DNA of 64,000 bases from a virus: IMG/VR virus record IMGVR_UViG_3300034069_001746; one strand, written 5' to 3'. Below the pieces are notes generated by a model, which did no database searches, was not told the origin of the DNA, and saw only the letters and a program-made list of their open reading frames with translations. Of the stretch, positions 48,322-57,555 are shown in pieces (within the stretch, counting starts at the first letter, position 1; each line of letters starts with the position of its first letter). The position numbers and the translations under genes are program-made.

Positions 48322-49299
48322 ATGGACACCAAGACTCTTTCGACGCTGCGTATCGGCGACACGGTGCGCATCCATTTCACGCACATGGGTGCCCGTGATG
48401 GTGCCCGCAGTCAACCGTTCGATGTCGTCATCACGGGCTTTCACAACACCGGTAAGGCTTACAAGGACGAAGACGGTCAGTATTACGAGTCGCGTCAGAT
48501 CAACTGGTGCTGGCGCGATATGCCCGTCGAGTTGCAGCCTGATGAGCGGGTGCGCGATGACATTCGTGGTATCGACGGATGTCATGTCGATCACATCATC
48601 GAGATCGTCAAGCGGGCTCCTTATCAGGTCCGTTCGCATCCCCGCAACGTTCTCTACGCTGCCGAACAGTCGGCTTTTCTCGATCATCAGAAGGTCGAGA
48701 AGTACCGTCAAGAAAACGGTGAAGATCCGATCGATGTTTTCGGCCGGAGGAGCATGGGTACTACCGCTGTGGGCTATATTTTCGAGGCTTATAACGAGAC
48801 CTACCTTCGCGACATACGCCCCAGCCAGTATAATGGTCACGTCTTCAAGTTAGCTGAAGCCTTGATCGCTCGGCGTCCTACGCTGGCAGTACCAACGCGT
48901 CTCGACGTTGACCGTTTCTATGCGGCGTGGTACCAAGCCGGTTGTCCTGGAAAAGCTGGTCCTTATGAAGAATACCGCTACAGCGACAATGTTGATCCCT
49001 CCCCTTTTAAGGCGCTGATCAACCGTAAAGCGTTCACTAAGTGGGTCGTGCGCAATGTCTACCGGTTCATCATGACGCAGGCTGACATCCTGAAGAACAT
49101 GATCCAGGCGGCCAAGGATGAAGAAGAATATATGCGCAAGTCCATGGACGAAGACATGGAGCGCGAGTTCGGTCGTTCTGATTACGTATCTTCTCACGCT
49201 CTGGCTGACGAAGATGGCAACATCCCTGACGAAGACATCGATGACAGTGATGAAGATGATGTCCTCGTGATTGATAATTCAGATCATTTCTATATCTGA
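48322..49299 (+). CDS. early hypothetical protein with acidic tail
   Basis: AGGAG RBS; KOW-like LRIGDTVRI start; D/E-rich C-terminus. Confidence 0.75.
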   Translation: MDTKTLSTLRIGDTVRIHFTHMGARDGARSQPFDVVITGFHNTGKAYKDEDGQYYESRQINWCWRDMPVELQPDERVRDDIRGIDGCHVDHIIEIVKRAPYQVRSHPRNVLYAAEQSAFLDHQKVEKYRQENGEDPIDVFGRRSMGTTAVGYIFEAYNETYLRDIRPSQYNGHVFKLAEALIARRPTLAVPTRLDVDRFYAAWYQAGCPGKAGPYEEYRYSDNVDPSPFKALINRKAFTKWVVRNVYRFIMTQADILKNMIQAAKDEEEYMRKSMDEDMEREFGRSDYVSSHALADEDGNIPDEDIDDSDEDDVLVIDNSDHFYI

Positions 49300-49309
49300 T
49301 CACATCACC

Positions 49310-49360
49310 CACTGTTATTCTTACTCCCTTGGTCAGAGCAGGGGAGTAATTGAAATAGTG
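49310..49360 (+). repeat. GUCAGAG-loop structured element, copy 2
   Basis: CACTGTTATTC-TTACTCCCTTG-GTCAGAG-CAGGGGAGTAA-TTGAAATAGTG. Confidence 0.8.
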
Positions 49361-49392
49361 AGTTTAACCTCAATTTAAAAAGGATAATTACC

Positions 49393-49854
49393 ATGACGTC
49401 TTCTTATCCTACTGGTACTTATCAGGAACTCCAGAACCGTGTCGTGGAATTGGAAGAATGTTTGCGTCAAACACGCAAACTGGTATCCAGGGCTGCTGCT
49501 GTCGGATTCGATGAAGAGTCTGTCCGGAAGATCTACGCCAATAACGGGGCGATCACTCGGCTTGTCGCTGTTCTTCCTGAGGAGAGGGAAGCAGGGCTGA
49601 AGTTCCTCAATGATCTTTCCTCTGAAAACAAGGATGACCTGACCCGTAAGTGCAAGGTCATCAGCATTAACAGCAATCCGGCTCCCGCAACCAATTGCGA
49701 ATTTGAAGTTCACAAGAACTACGATAAGCCGGGCGCTGACATTTTCGATCAGCAAGTGTCCATTCCTGGCTATGATCCGACACACTTTTACATCGTCGAA
49801 TGCGGCGGTGTGAGGTACGATATCGATCGTATTGGTTGGTCGGAACTCCCTTAA
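49393..49854 (+). CDS. early hypothetical protein
   Basis: AAGGA RBS. Confidence 0.7.
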   Translation: MTSSYPTGTYQELQNRVVELEECLRQTRKLVSRAAAVGFDEESVRKIYANNGAITRLVAVLPEEREAGLKFLNDLSSENKDDLTRKCKVISINSNPAPATNCEFEVHKNYDKPGADIFDQQVSIPGYDPTHFYIVECGGVRYDIDRIGWSELP

Positions 49855-49877
49855 CTTTTCATTCTAGGAGAATGATA

Positions 49878-50405
49878 ATGGTTTACGATCGTCAAGCGCA
49901 AGCCACTGCGGTACTGGAAGCCATGAACAAGTTTCCGGTTCTGGCTGGTCGCACCACCATGTTTCAAGCGGAATACATCGTCGACGCGTTGAACGCTCTT
50001 CGCGACAAAGCAAATCCCGAAGACAAGCTCACCGTTGAAGTTGGTAAATCTTACATCAATGCATCCGGCGATATCATCGAAATTATCAGGATGCATCGTA
50101 AGGGTGAAACACGGTTTGGAAAAGTCCTTCAGTGTGACACCTACGAGACGTATAACGGTAATTACAAGTTTACCAGCGATGGTCAGGTAATCTCCGGGGT
50201 TCGACATAATCGTCTGATGGACCGGGCACAGAGCGTTAAGAAAGGCGATGTCTACGGCTATCACTGGCCTGATGGTCAGAGCGTCGGTTGGTACATCGTC
50301 ACGGATGTAACCGCCAAGGATTACGGTATCACCTGGAGCAATGACGCCACCATGCGTATTCGCTATGGTTGCCCGCTTAATTACGACGCAATCCGGGTTT
50401 CCTAA
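49878..50405 (+). CDS. early hypothetical protein with LEVGKxY-type domain
   Basis: AGGAG RBS; VEVGKSYINASGDIIEI. Confidence 0.7.
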   Translation: MVYDRQAQATAVLEAMNKFPVLAGRTTMFQAEYIVDALNALRDKANPEDKLTVEVGKSYINASGDIIEIIRMHRKGETRFGKVLQCDTYETYNGNYKFTSDGQVISGVRHNRLMDRAQSVKKGDVYGYHWPDGQSVGWYIVTDVTAKDYGITWSNDATMRIRYGCPLNYDAIRVS

Positions 50406-50428
50406 TCAACAATCAGCAGAGGGCGTCA

Positions 50429-50560
50429 GTGTTTGCAGAAGAACAATACCCATCGCCTCAACAGATTCTTGATGCCTTGGGAATGGAAGCCATTTTCTTG
50501 TGTCTGCTGATCTGTGCAGCCATCTGGATTTTCTCTTCCATGATGTACAACAAGAACTAA
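50429..50560 (+). CDS. 43-aa single-TM protein, not in ORF track
   Basis: GTG start with AGAGGG RBS; AIFLCLLICAAIWIF. Confidence 0.5.
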   Translation: MFAEEQYPSPQQILDALGMEAIFLCLLICAAIWIFSSMMYNKN

Positions 50561-50588
50561 TCATTTTAGCTTTAGAAAGGAGATTGCT

Positions 50589-50999
50589 ATGCATTATCGT
50601 GAAAATCAGATCTTTGGTCAGGGTGCTCTTGCGGCTACCGAGGGTTGCGGTCCCGAGGCCAATCCCTACAAGGTCAAGACCAACTTTCATCGCTACTGGG
50701 CTGCTGGTCATAGCAGTCGACCGCAGTCGCGTACACCGGTTAACTACACCTACATGATCGGTGAGATCGTTCAGTTCCGTAGGTACTTCATGGCAACACG
50801 CAAGGATGTCAAGATGTGCATTCTCGACATCGTCGATGTTTCCATCGAGAACCAAACCTTCAATCCTACCATTCCGCCTGAAGTCAATGAGACCGGTGTC
50901 GGTCACCACCAGCATCTGGTTTTGTCGGATTATGACGGACCGTATGTCTCTGGTGCTGTTGTTGAACTTGCTCCGAATCAAAAGGTTCGAACGAATTAA
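50589..50999 (+). CDS. hypothetical protein with N-terminal RMF-like motif
   Basis: QGALAATEG...NPY...WAAGH. Confidence 0.65.
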   Translation: MHYRENQIFGQGALAATEGCGPEANPYKVKTNFHRYWAAGHSSRPQSRTPVNYTYMIGEIVQFRRYFMATRKDVKMCILDIVDVSIENQTFNPTIPPEVNETGVGHHQHLVLSDYDGPYVSGAVVELAPNQKVRTN

Positions 51000-51022
51000 C
51001 TTATTTTAAAGGATAATCGGCT

Positions 51023-51604
51023 ATGCGGTTTCTAACAAACATGACGGCAACACCAGTTCTGGCTGAGCTGGTTGCCCTGGCATCCAAGCATACCAACACC
51101 AAGGTGGTTTGTCGTGAAGGCGGACAGACCATCGCAGAAATGGATTGGGTTGATGCAGCAGAGGCCTGTGACACAGGATACGCTCCCAGCTCCAGCGACA
51201 TGTCTTTGTACATGGACATGAAGTTGGATACCGATCTTACTGCGTTCTGGGAAGAACTCGATCGACTACAGAAGCTTGTCACCAAGCCACTCGACGAACC
51301 AATCCTACCCGACGACTATCCTGTTCACCAAGGCTACCTGTATGTCGCCAACGGGAAGGTCACTCAGTTCATCGATGGGATGAACATGACAGTGGGTCGC
51401 TGGAAGGCTCTCACCATTCCTGGTATCGAGAAGGTTACTGAAGTCAAGCGGTGTGACATAGCTGGTCGCCAGGCGCGGCGTCCTATCGAAAAGCCTAAGA
51501 AGGATGTTAGCCCCGTGGCGCACCGCTGGAACACAGCGGGGACGCATATCAATCAAGCCAAGCGTCGTCCTCGTTCATCCGACAAGATCAAGAAAGTCAA
51601 ATAA
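51023..51604 (+). CDS. early hypothetical protein
   Basis: AAGGA RBS. Confidence 0.7.
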   Translation: MRFLTNMTATPVLAELVALASKHTNTKVVCREGGQTIAEMDWVDAAEACDTGYAPSSSDMSLYMDMKLDTDLTAFWEELDRLQKLVTKPLDEPILPDDYPVHQGYLYVANGKVTQFIDGMNMTVGRWKALTIPGIEKVTEVKRCDIAGRQARRPIEKPKKDVSPVAHRWNTAGTHINQAKRRPRSSDKIKKVK

Positions 51605-51623
51605 CCTACCCCTAGGAGGATTT

Positions 51624-51947
51624 ATGGCCATCGAGAGACGGCGTAGTCACTATCACTTCCTCGACGATCATTTCAACACCATTCTGACTCGGATGGGTTG
51701 CACCGATTATGTTAATCGGTTCGGAAACTTCTCTGCCTCAGGGGATAAGTACAGTCAGTATCAGACCCAATGGGAAGATGCTGGTGTTCCTTATTTCCAC
51801 GGGGCAGCGATGTACCACCTCATGGAATTGCTTTATTCCCATGAAGTAAGGGAGACCAAGCATGGCTGGATCCATCCTTACCAGTGGGTGATCGACAATT
51901 ACCGAGGCGGTTACAATCTGTCACAACACATGGAAGGGCTGGAATAG
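51624..51947 (+). CDS. early hypothetical protein
   Basis: ATG 51624 with AGGAGG RBS. Confidence 0.7.
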   Translation: MAIERRRSHYHFLDDHFNTILTRMGCTDYVNRFGNFSASGDKYSQYQTQWEDAGVPYFHGAAMYHLMELLYSHEVRETKHGWIHPYQWVIDNYRGGYNLSQHMEGLE

Positions 51948-51978
51948 CTCTTCCTCTTCCACTAGAAAGGATCTATTC

Positions 51979-52557
51979 ATGACCAACAAATCAAAGGAAT
52001 ACCAACAAGGCGTCGATGCCTATACTGCTGGCAAAGAATTGGATACCAATCCTTGGGACGATAGCCGTGAAGGCGCTTCGAGGCAGGCTCACAAAGATTG
52101 GAACCTAGGCTGGCTGGATACCCACAACGCAACCCCGCGTATCATCGTGGACATTAACACGCGTCAGGGTTCTCTGACGGTTACCAAGAAGGATGATCGT
52201 TACGACGTGGTGGTTGCCGGTGTCGTTCGTCATCCTAACTGTAACGCTGATTCAGCAATCGGCGCGATGGCGCACTATCTTCACGGTGCTGAATATAAGC
52301 TGATGAAGGATGCCAAGCAGTTTTCGCAGAACGTTGCTCTGCGTAACTGGATTGCGCAGGAGATTCGGCTGGCAATGCAGCAAGACGATGCAGCAAAACC
52401 AGGTAGCAATGGTGGTATTTACCGAGCGGCTGTTGCTGAAATCAGGACGGGGCGTATTCTTGCAAAACTCGATGGTCATCCTGTCGGAGAAATGACTTTT
52501 GCTACCAAAGAGAGCATCGAGAGTGCTACTCGTCAACTTCTTTCACAAAAGGATTAA
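51979..52557 (+). CDS. hypothetical protein with N-terminal RMF-like motif
   Basis: YQQGVDAYTAG...NPW...WNLGW. Confidence 0.65.
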   Translation: MTNKSKEYQQGVDAYTAGKELDTNPWDDSREGASRQAHKDWNLGWLDTHNATPRIIVDINTRQGSLTVTKKDDRYDVVVAGVVRHPNCNADSAIGAMAHYLHGAEYKLMKDAKQFSQNVALRNWIAQEIRLAMQQDDAAKPGSNGGIYRAAVAEIRTGRILAKLDGHPVGEMTFATKESIESATRQLLSQKD

Positions 52558-52559
52558 GC

Positions 52560-52850
52560 ATGAAGAATTCTCTTGATGCCATGAACAATGTCAGGGACGA
52601 AGTTAACGCTGTAGCAAGCGACCTCCTTTTCCTGGCTCAAGCGTTTCGTGTCACTGGTAACAATCAGGTTGCAGAGCGCCTGGCATTTAATGCTGAGAGC
52701 CTGCAAGAGGTGATTAAACCTCTTATGTCAGCCTGGAACAAGGACATGGATGAACAGCTTGGTCACGGCGAAGCCATGATGGGAAATCTTGTCAACTTGG
52801 CGTTGAGCTGTGAAATCAAGCCCCTTGCTACGGAGACGTCTGATGCCTGA
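52560..52850 (+). CDS. early hypothetical protein
   Basis: ORF track with RBS. Confidence 0.7.
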   Translation: MKNSLDAMNNVRDEVNAVASDLLFLAQAFRVTGNNQVAERLAFNAESLQEVIKPLMSAWNKDMDEQLGHGEAMMGNLVNLALSCEIKPLATETSDA

Positions 52851-53352
52851 TTTCGTTATTGTTCACAACCTCGTTGAAGCCAACGGTAAAACGGTGCGCG
52901 AGAATAATCTCGCCACCGAACACTCCATTCCGATTGGTACGCTGGTGGAGGTCAATTGCGACTATCTACCCGAACACCGTACCCGTCAATTCATTGCAGC
53001 TCATGGTCGCGACTGTGATGGTGAGCCGCTTTACTCGCTGTGTGCTAGCCGTAATCACTGCAATGACCAGATTGGTACTGACGGCTACGGCGATGCACGT
53101 AGTCAGGAAAGCATCGATTTATATCGGCGGGTGTACCACAACGGAAGTTGGGGCCGTGATGCGTTGATTATCGTCGACGATCCCTGGAACCGAGACATGG
53201 AGCAAGCGGATCAGACCGCTGAACTACTCCTCACAGACGGCGTTGTCGTGACCCCGGCGAAGTTCCTTAAGGGTAAGTGGATGGCACCTGGTTACAACGG
53301 GGTGAACGTGGAGTTCCATCCGACCGGCTGGATGAAGATGCCACCGTCTTAA
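52843..53352 (+). CDS. early hypothetical protein (PxGT beta-domain)
   Basis: ATG 52843 with GGAG RBS; IPIGTLVEV. Confidence 0.7.
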   Translation: MPDFVIVHNLVEANGKTVRENNLATEHSIPIGTLVEVNCDYLPEHRTRQFIAAHGRDCDGEPLYSLCASRNHCNDQIGTDGYGDARSQESIDLYRRVYHNGSWGRDALIIVDDPWNRDMEQADQTAELLLTDGVVVTPAKFLKGKWMAPGYNGVNVEFHPTGWMKMPPS

Positions 53353-53364
53353 CGGAGAACGATA

Positions 53365-53727
53365 ATGAGTGAAGTTAATAAAGTACTGGAGAAAGCCAGT
53401 CTACGAAATCCTCGAAATTCCAAAGAAGTAAAAAGAGCGTGGCGAAAACTTATCGCAGCTGATGCTTTGTGTCAGCTTCTTAAAAACGCGGCCAAACATG
53501 ATTGCATCACGGCTATCGGTTCGGTGACTCATGATGATGTTTGGAAAAAGGTTCATCACGTCATCTTAACCACGGGAATGTCTAGGGACATCGACCAGTG
53601 GTTTACAACTGTTCAGATTCCGTTCGACTGGAATGATCCTTGTCGCGATTCTTCCTATGAAACTGAAACTATGGCATTCATCGACGCTCTCCACGACAAA
53701 CTTCAAGAAGTGGGGGCTATTCCCTAA
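53365..53727 (+). CDS. early hypothetical protein
   Basis: GGAG RBS. Confidence 0.7.
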   Translation: MSEVNKVLEKASLRNPRNSKEVKRAWRKLIAADALCQLLKNAAKHDCITAIGSVTHDDVWKKVHHVILTTGMSRDIDQWFTTVQIPFDWNDPCRDSSYETETMAFIDALHDKLQEVGAIP

Positions 53728-53741
53728 TTTGGATAATTAAC

Positions 53742-54101
53742 ATGAAAGCAGGATTACGAGCCCATCTCGACAGCTTATTAGCCGAGAACAAGAAGGTTAC
53801 CATGAAGGATATTCAGCGTAACCCCGAGGCCTACAAGAAGTTCATCGAAGACTGCAAGACGCTTCACCGCCCCATCCCACCCGGTAAAGCTATCCAGCAG
53901 GCTGGGCATCACTGGCTCCACTCACTTCCTCATTTAACGGGAAGTGCGGACGCTGGTGACTGGGTTGTTGCCCAGTGGAGTCCATCGGAACTTCGCTGGT
54001 ATCACAGCAACGATGTGTCGACCATGGCCAAACCGCTTTACGGCGATGGCGCTATGACCCATTGGGAATGGGTAGCAGAAGTTCCTCTTCCTCCTCTATA
54101 A
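53742..54101 (+). CDS. early hypothetical protein
   Basis: ORF track. Confidence 0.7.
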   Translation: MKAGLRAHLDSLLAENKKVTMKDIQRNPEAYKKFIEDCKTLHRPIPPGKAIQQAGHHWLHSLPHLTGSADAGDWVVAQWSPSELRWYHSNDVSTMAKPLYGDGAMTHWEWVAEVPLPPL

Positions 54102-54111
54102 GGAAAGAATC

Positions 54112-54381
54112 ATGAAAGAGTTTTACGCCCTTCTTGCTGAGAACGGTTACCCAACGCCACCAGAGGGTGAAGGTTCTCTGGTAATCCTTTCGGTGACCAC
54201 GGTTACTGAGGGGTATGTGTTGGTTGTTCGGCGTAGCTGGACGGATGGTAGCGTTCGAGAAGATATTGTGTTGGTTATCGAAAATCAGTACGGCCGCAAC
54301 AAGGGCCAGTACCGTCTTGGTACACGGCACAAGATCTTCGAACATTATGTCGAAGAGCCTCCTGAGCCCAAGATCAACTAA
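54112..54381 (+). CDS. early hypothetical protein
   Basis: AAGGA RBS. Confidence 0.7.
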   Translation: MKEFYALLAENGYPTPPEGEGSLVILSVTTVTEGYVLVVRRSWTDGSVREDIVLVIENQYGRNKGQYRLGTRHKIFEHYVEEPPEPKIN

Positions 54382-54436
54382 AGTTATCGGTATATTACCC
54401 TGGTGATTAAAGGAAAAGATGTGGTGTCTTTTCCTT
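54371..54436 (+). promoter_or_regulatory. putative early (vRNAP) promoter 2 plus leader hairpin
   Basis: AGATCAAC(54371)-N12-TATATTAC(54391)-N5-TGA, then AAGGAAAAGA/TCTTTTCCTT hairpin. Confidence 0.75.
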
Positions 54437-54473
54437 CTTTCTTTTAACCCTTCTCATTCTTAGGAGATTTATC

Positions 54474-55241
54474 ATGTCTACCCTGCATCTCAACATCGAA
54501 CTCAAGCTCGGCCGGACCTATCTCGATGAGAAGGGTCACAAGGTAACACTGGTGCGTGAGTTCACGCCTGAGGACCCTGACTACGTCCAGGGCTTCCGTT
54601 TCCGTGGGGACAACAAGATCAACTACCTCGCCAACGGCGAGGTAGTTGGTTCCCTCGGCGATTTCATCCACGTCAAGCAACTGGGTGCTTACCCCCTCAA
54701 GAACGAAGTTATCGAGACCACCGATGAAACGGTGATCTTGAAGGACGTCGGCCTTCTCTTGAAGGAAGGTAAGTTCTACCGCAATGGTCTGGGTCATGCC
54801 GTACTGATCATCGGTGCGCCAGTCGTCGATGGTCGCTGGTGGAAGAAGGGTTTCCGCTTCATGGATCAACGCGGGACTTTCTACAAACCCAACGGGTCGG
54901 TCGACTCGCGCATCTGGGGTATCCTGGATATCGTGATGGAAATCACACCGGAAAGCCCTCTAAAAGAGCAGGTGTCCGATGAAGAGATGGAAACCATCAT
55001 GGGTGGCATCAACACCCAGCTCGAACGGATGAACCGCCGCGACGCGCTGAACCCCAATACGCTGCTTCACAAGGCAGCGGTGTTCTCCAAGAAGTCGCTG
55101 AAGGGCTTGGGTGTCGCTTACGCCGCCATCGGCACTGGTGCCATCACGCGCAGTCCCAAATTTGGGCTGTTCTGTTGGACTGTAGCTGGTGCTACCTTCG
55201 CCACCGACGCTCTGACGGGTGATGTCACCGACTGGGAATAA
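54474..55241 (+). CDS. early protein with two LEVGKxY-type domains and C-terminal hydrophobic segments
   Basis: LKLGRTYLDEKGHKVTL and LKEGKFYRNGLGHAVLI; AGGAG RBS. Confidence 0.75.
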   Translation: MSTLHLNIELKLGRTYLDEKGHKVTLVREFTPEDPDYVQGFRFRGDNKINYLANGEVVGSLGDFIHVKQLGAYPLKNEVIETTDETVILKDVGLLLKEGKFYRNGLGHAVLIIGAPVVDGRWWKKGFRFMDQRGTFYKPNGSVDSRIWGILDIVMEITPESPLKEQVSDEEMETIMGGINTQLERMNRRDALNPNTLLHKAAVFSKKSLKGLGVAYAAIGTGAITRSPKFGLFCWTVAGATFATDALTGDVTDWE

Positions 55242-55247
55242 CCTAAA

Positions 55248-55275
55248 AAGGCTAGGGGATAAAACCTCTAGCCTT
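55248..55275 (+). terminator. terminator-like hairpin
   Basis: AAGGCTAGGGG/CCTCTAGCCTT. Confidence 0.6.
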
Positions 55276-55285
55276 GGTTAACCCG

Positions 55286-55347
55286 AGATCAACATTCTTC
55301 ATCCGTATATTACCCTCATGAATAGGAAAAGGAATAGTCTTTTCCTA
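55286..55347 (+). promoter_or_regulatory. putative early (vRNAP) promoter 3 plus leader hairpin
   Basis: AGATCAAC(55286)-N12-TATATTAC(55306)-N5-TGA, then TAGGAAAAGG/TCTTTTCCTA hairpin. Confidence 0.75.
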
Positions 55348-55375
55348 GGTTGTTTTAAACAAAGGAGATTTCATC

Positions 55376-55579
55376 ATGTCGACTCTTCACGCCAAGAAGT
55401 CCGCTCGTAAGGTCAGCAACGTCACCAAGACGATCACCCGCACCAAGGTGCGCGGTGTCGCTGAGGATGTCCAGCGCCAATTGTTCAAGCGCGCTCGTAC
55501 GGCGTTCTGGCTCGGTATCGGCGTTGCTGGTGCTCTCTTTATCGAAGAGCAGATCCATCAGATCAAGCACGGTTCGTAA
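55376..55579 (+). CDS. basic single-TM early protein
   Basis: AAGGAG RBS; K/R-rich N-terminus then AFWLGIGVAGALFI. Confidence 0.7.
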   Translation: MSTLHAKKSARKVSNVTKTITRTKVRGVAEDVQRQLFKRARTAFWLGIGVAGALFIEEQIHQIKHGS

Positions 55580-55726
55580 GACGAATCAGTTCTGTTTGTG
55601 AAAACAAGTAAAGGATTCACCTAGATGCGTCCACCGTGACGATCACACCAATCCCCTTTACCCTTTTAGTTAGATAGTTATTTCATCCTAGTTCTTTTCC
55701 CCTTTCAATACAAGGAAATATACATC

Positions 55727-56038
55727 ATGGATACCACCAACACGTTCGCCGGTAACAACAGCAACGATCATGTCACTGGTACGACCAACGACGGCATCAG
55801 CCGCGAAGAGACCGTCTTCTCGATGAAGATCAAGAAGCCTCATCTGTTCCAGCGCATCAAGAACACCCTTAGCAACAATCCTGTTCCGACGGCAGTGGGC
55901 GCATCGCTCGCCATCGGTGCCGCAGCGCTCGGCAGCGTTAACTACAACCGCTACGGCAATGCGCTCGGTCCCGTCACCAACGAGGACCTGCGTGAAGTGG
56001 CAGCTGCTGGTGCATCGCTGTTTAACGCGCTGCGCTGA
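55727..56038 (+). CDS. early protein with hydrophobic segment
   Basis: AAGGA RBS; PTAVGASLAIGAAALGSV. Confidence 0.7.
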   Translation: MDTTNTFAGNNSNDHVTGTTNDGISREETVFSMKIKKPHLFQRIKNTLSNNPVPTAVGASLAIGAAALGSVNYNRYGNALGPVTNEDLREVAAAGASLFNALR

Positions 56039-56051
56039 TCTGATGAACAGG

Positions 56052-56079
56052 GTGGGGAGGGGGTATTACCCCTCCCCAT
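56052..56079 (+). terminator. intrinsic terminator-like hairpin
   Basis: TGGGGAGGGG/CCCCTCCCCA stem followed by an AT-rich tract. Confidence 0.65.
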
Positions 56080-56166
56080 TACTGGTAATTTTGTTTTTAT
56101 CCATCTTGTCTTTATAGCGATTTTGTCAACATGGATAAAAACAGGATATCACGCAAGGAGAAGCCG

Positions 56167-56388
56167 ATGACGCATGAAGGAGAATTATCACTGGAGGTCG
56201 GTAAGACCTATGGGACACGTGAAGGCTATGACCGAGTCACCATTCGTTACAAAGATCCCCATTCCTTTTGGACACCTTTTGTAGGGGATAATGGTCGTAC
56301 CTATATGTCTAATGGTTATCAGACATGGGACGGTAACCACCATGTTGCTCTTCACAATGATCTTGTTCGAGAGATTGAGATCGGATAG
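56167..56388 (+). CDS. LEVGKxY-domain small protein
   Basis: ATG 56167 with AAGGAG RBS; LEVGKTYGTREG. Confidence 0.7.
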   Translation: MTHEGELSLEVGKTYGTREGYDRVTIRYKDPHSFWTPFVGDNGRTYMSNGYQTWDGNHHVALHNDLVREIEIG

Positions 56389-56410
56389 TGCTTTGTAAGG
56401 AGATACCCTT

Positions 56411-56674
56411 ATGTCAGTAAAACTTGAGGTCAATAAATCCTATCGTAATCGCTTGGGAGAAGTAGTTACCATTATTCGTGAAGCAGGACTAGGTACTCAT
56501 CGCTTCACTGGTAGTGATGGTGAAGTTTATCGGTATAATGGTCGAGTAGGGTTTTTCAAGAACACCGATCTTGATCTCATCGAGGAGACCACGAAACTGG
56601 ATACCATGCGCCCTGGTCCTTGGGGTAATTTCATCGCAGGGATGTTTGATGGTAGCTATCGTAAGGTTGCTTAA
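56411..56674 (+). CDS. LEVGKxY-domain small protein
   Basis: LEVNKSYRNRLGEVVTI. Confidence 0.7.
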   Translation: MSVKLEVNKSYRNRLGEVVTIIREAGLGTHRFTGSDGEVYRYNGRVGFFKNTDLDLIEETTKLDTMRPGPWGNFIAGMFDGSYRKVA

Positions 56675-56689
56675 GGGAAAGGCTAACTC

Positions 56690-57298
56690 GTGACTGAAAC
56701 TCTTCAAGAAGAAATCATTCGTCTCAATCCTAAAATGAAATGGAATTGGCGAAAAACAAAGAAGTCCATCAAGAAGCGAGCAGCATCACTCATTCCCCAT
56801 GTTAGTTATGCCCTAGGATGTCGGGGTCATCCAGGCTTGGTGATTGAACGTAACTACTGGCCCGATTGGTCGCTTCGTGATCTGTATGGGAGCGATGTGG
56901 TGATCAAATCGCTGGTGGATGGGATCGAGGAGAGTTGCTCGATCTACAGTTGCGCTCCGCAAGCTCTTTCAAAGGAAGAAGCGTTTCGGCGAGCAGAAGA
57001 GATCAGAACGGTTCATGATTTTGATCAGTCTGTTCGATACGGTTATCCCGTAGAACAGGTTAAGGGATGGTGTCAAGACTGGATTAATCAAGGCGTACTC
57101 TATTACGTCCTCCACGATCAGGAAGGACATGTTGTTCGTTCTGCGCAGGCCTTCACCAAGGAAGATGCAGAAGCAGATATTGCTAGAACTCTTCGTCTCG
57201 CTGCTGAGGGGTGGATAAAGGATCCAGGAAACCCTCGCATGGTCGACATGCTGACCTATCCTGCTTCCATTACCTCGTTTGAAGTGAGCGTCCCGTGA
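56690..57298 (+). CDS. early hypothetical protein
   Basis: GTG start; GCRGHPGLV motif. Confidence 0.7.
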   Translation: MTETLQEEIIRLNPKMKWNWRKTKKSIKKRAASLIPHVSYALGCRGHPGLVIERNYWPDWSLRDLYGSDVVIKSLVDGIEESCSIYSCAPQALSKEEAFRRAEEIRTVHDFDQSVRYGYPVEQVKGWCQDWINQGVLYYVLHDQEGHVVRSAQAFTKEDAEADIARTLRLAAEGWIKDPGNPRMVDMLTYPASITSFEVSVP

Positions 57299-57525
57299 TC
57301 AATCTGGAACTACGCAAATTCTACCAAAACAAACTGGGAGAAACATTTGTTGTTGTTGACACCGTCGATTCGGAAGATATCGGTTATGCGGTGGGGTTTA
57401 GATTTTGGGTTGTTCAAATAGGCGATCACAACAATGTTTTCCCTGTTACCGCTAACGGATATCAGGACGTCGTTTGTCTAGAACAACAACCAGGGGACCT
57501 GGTGCAAGAAGTCATTTCCCAGTAA
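57295..57525 (+). CDS. LEVGKxY-domain small protein
   Basis: LELRKFYQNKLGETFVV. Confidence 0.65.
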   Translation: MINLELRKFYQNKLGETFVVVDTVDSEDIGYAVGFRFWVVQIGDHNNVFPVTANGYQDVVCLEQQPGDLVQEVISQ

Positions 57526-57555
57526 CATAATAAAGGTTTAAAGCGAGAAAACGTT

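Noticed and set aside
48316-51285. Long antisense ORFs 48316..48840, 50406..50981 and similar
   Set aside because: They lie opposite RBS-supported plus-strand genes in a GC3-rich region, where stop depletion on the reverse strand is expected.
55580-55726. Known riboswitch (SAM-II, c-di-GMP) in the long leader
   Set aside because: Some pairing is possible, but no consensus ligand-binding nucleotides could be matched.
56041-56069. Fourth early promoter (TGATGAAC...GGTATTAC)
   Set aside because: Spacing is 13 nt, the +6 TGA is absent, and the core lies in the loop of a terminator hairpin.
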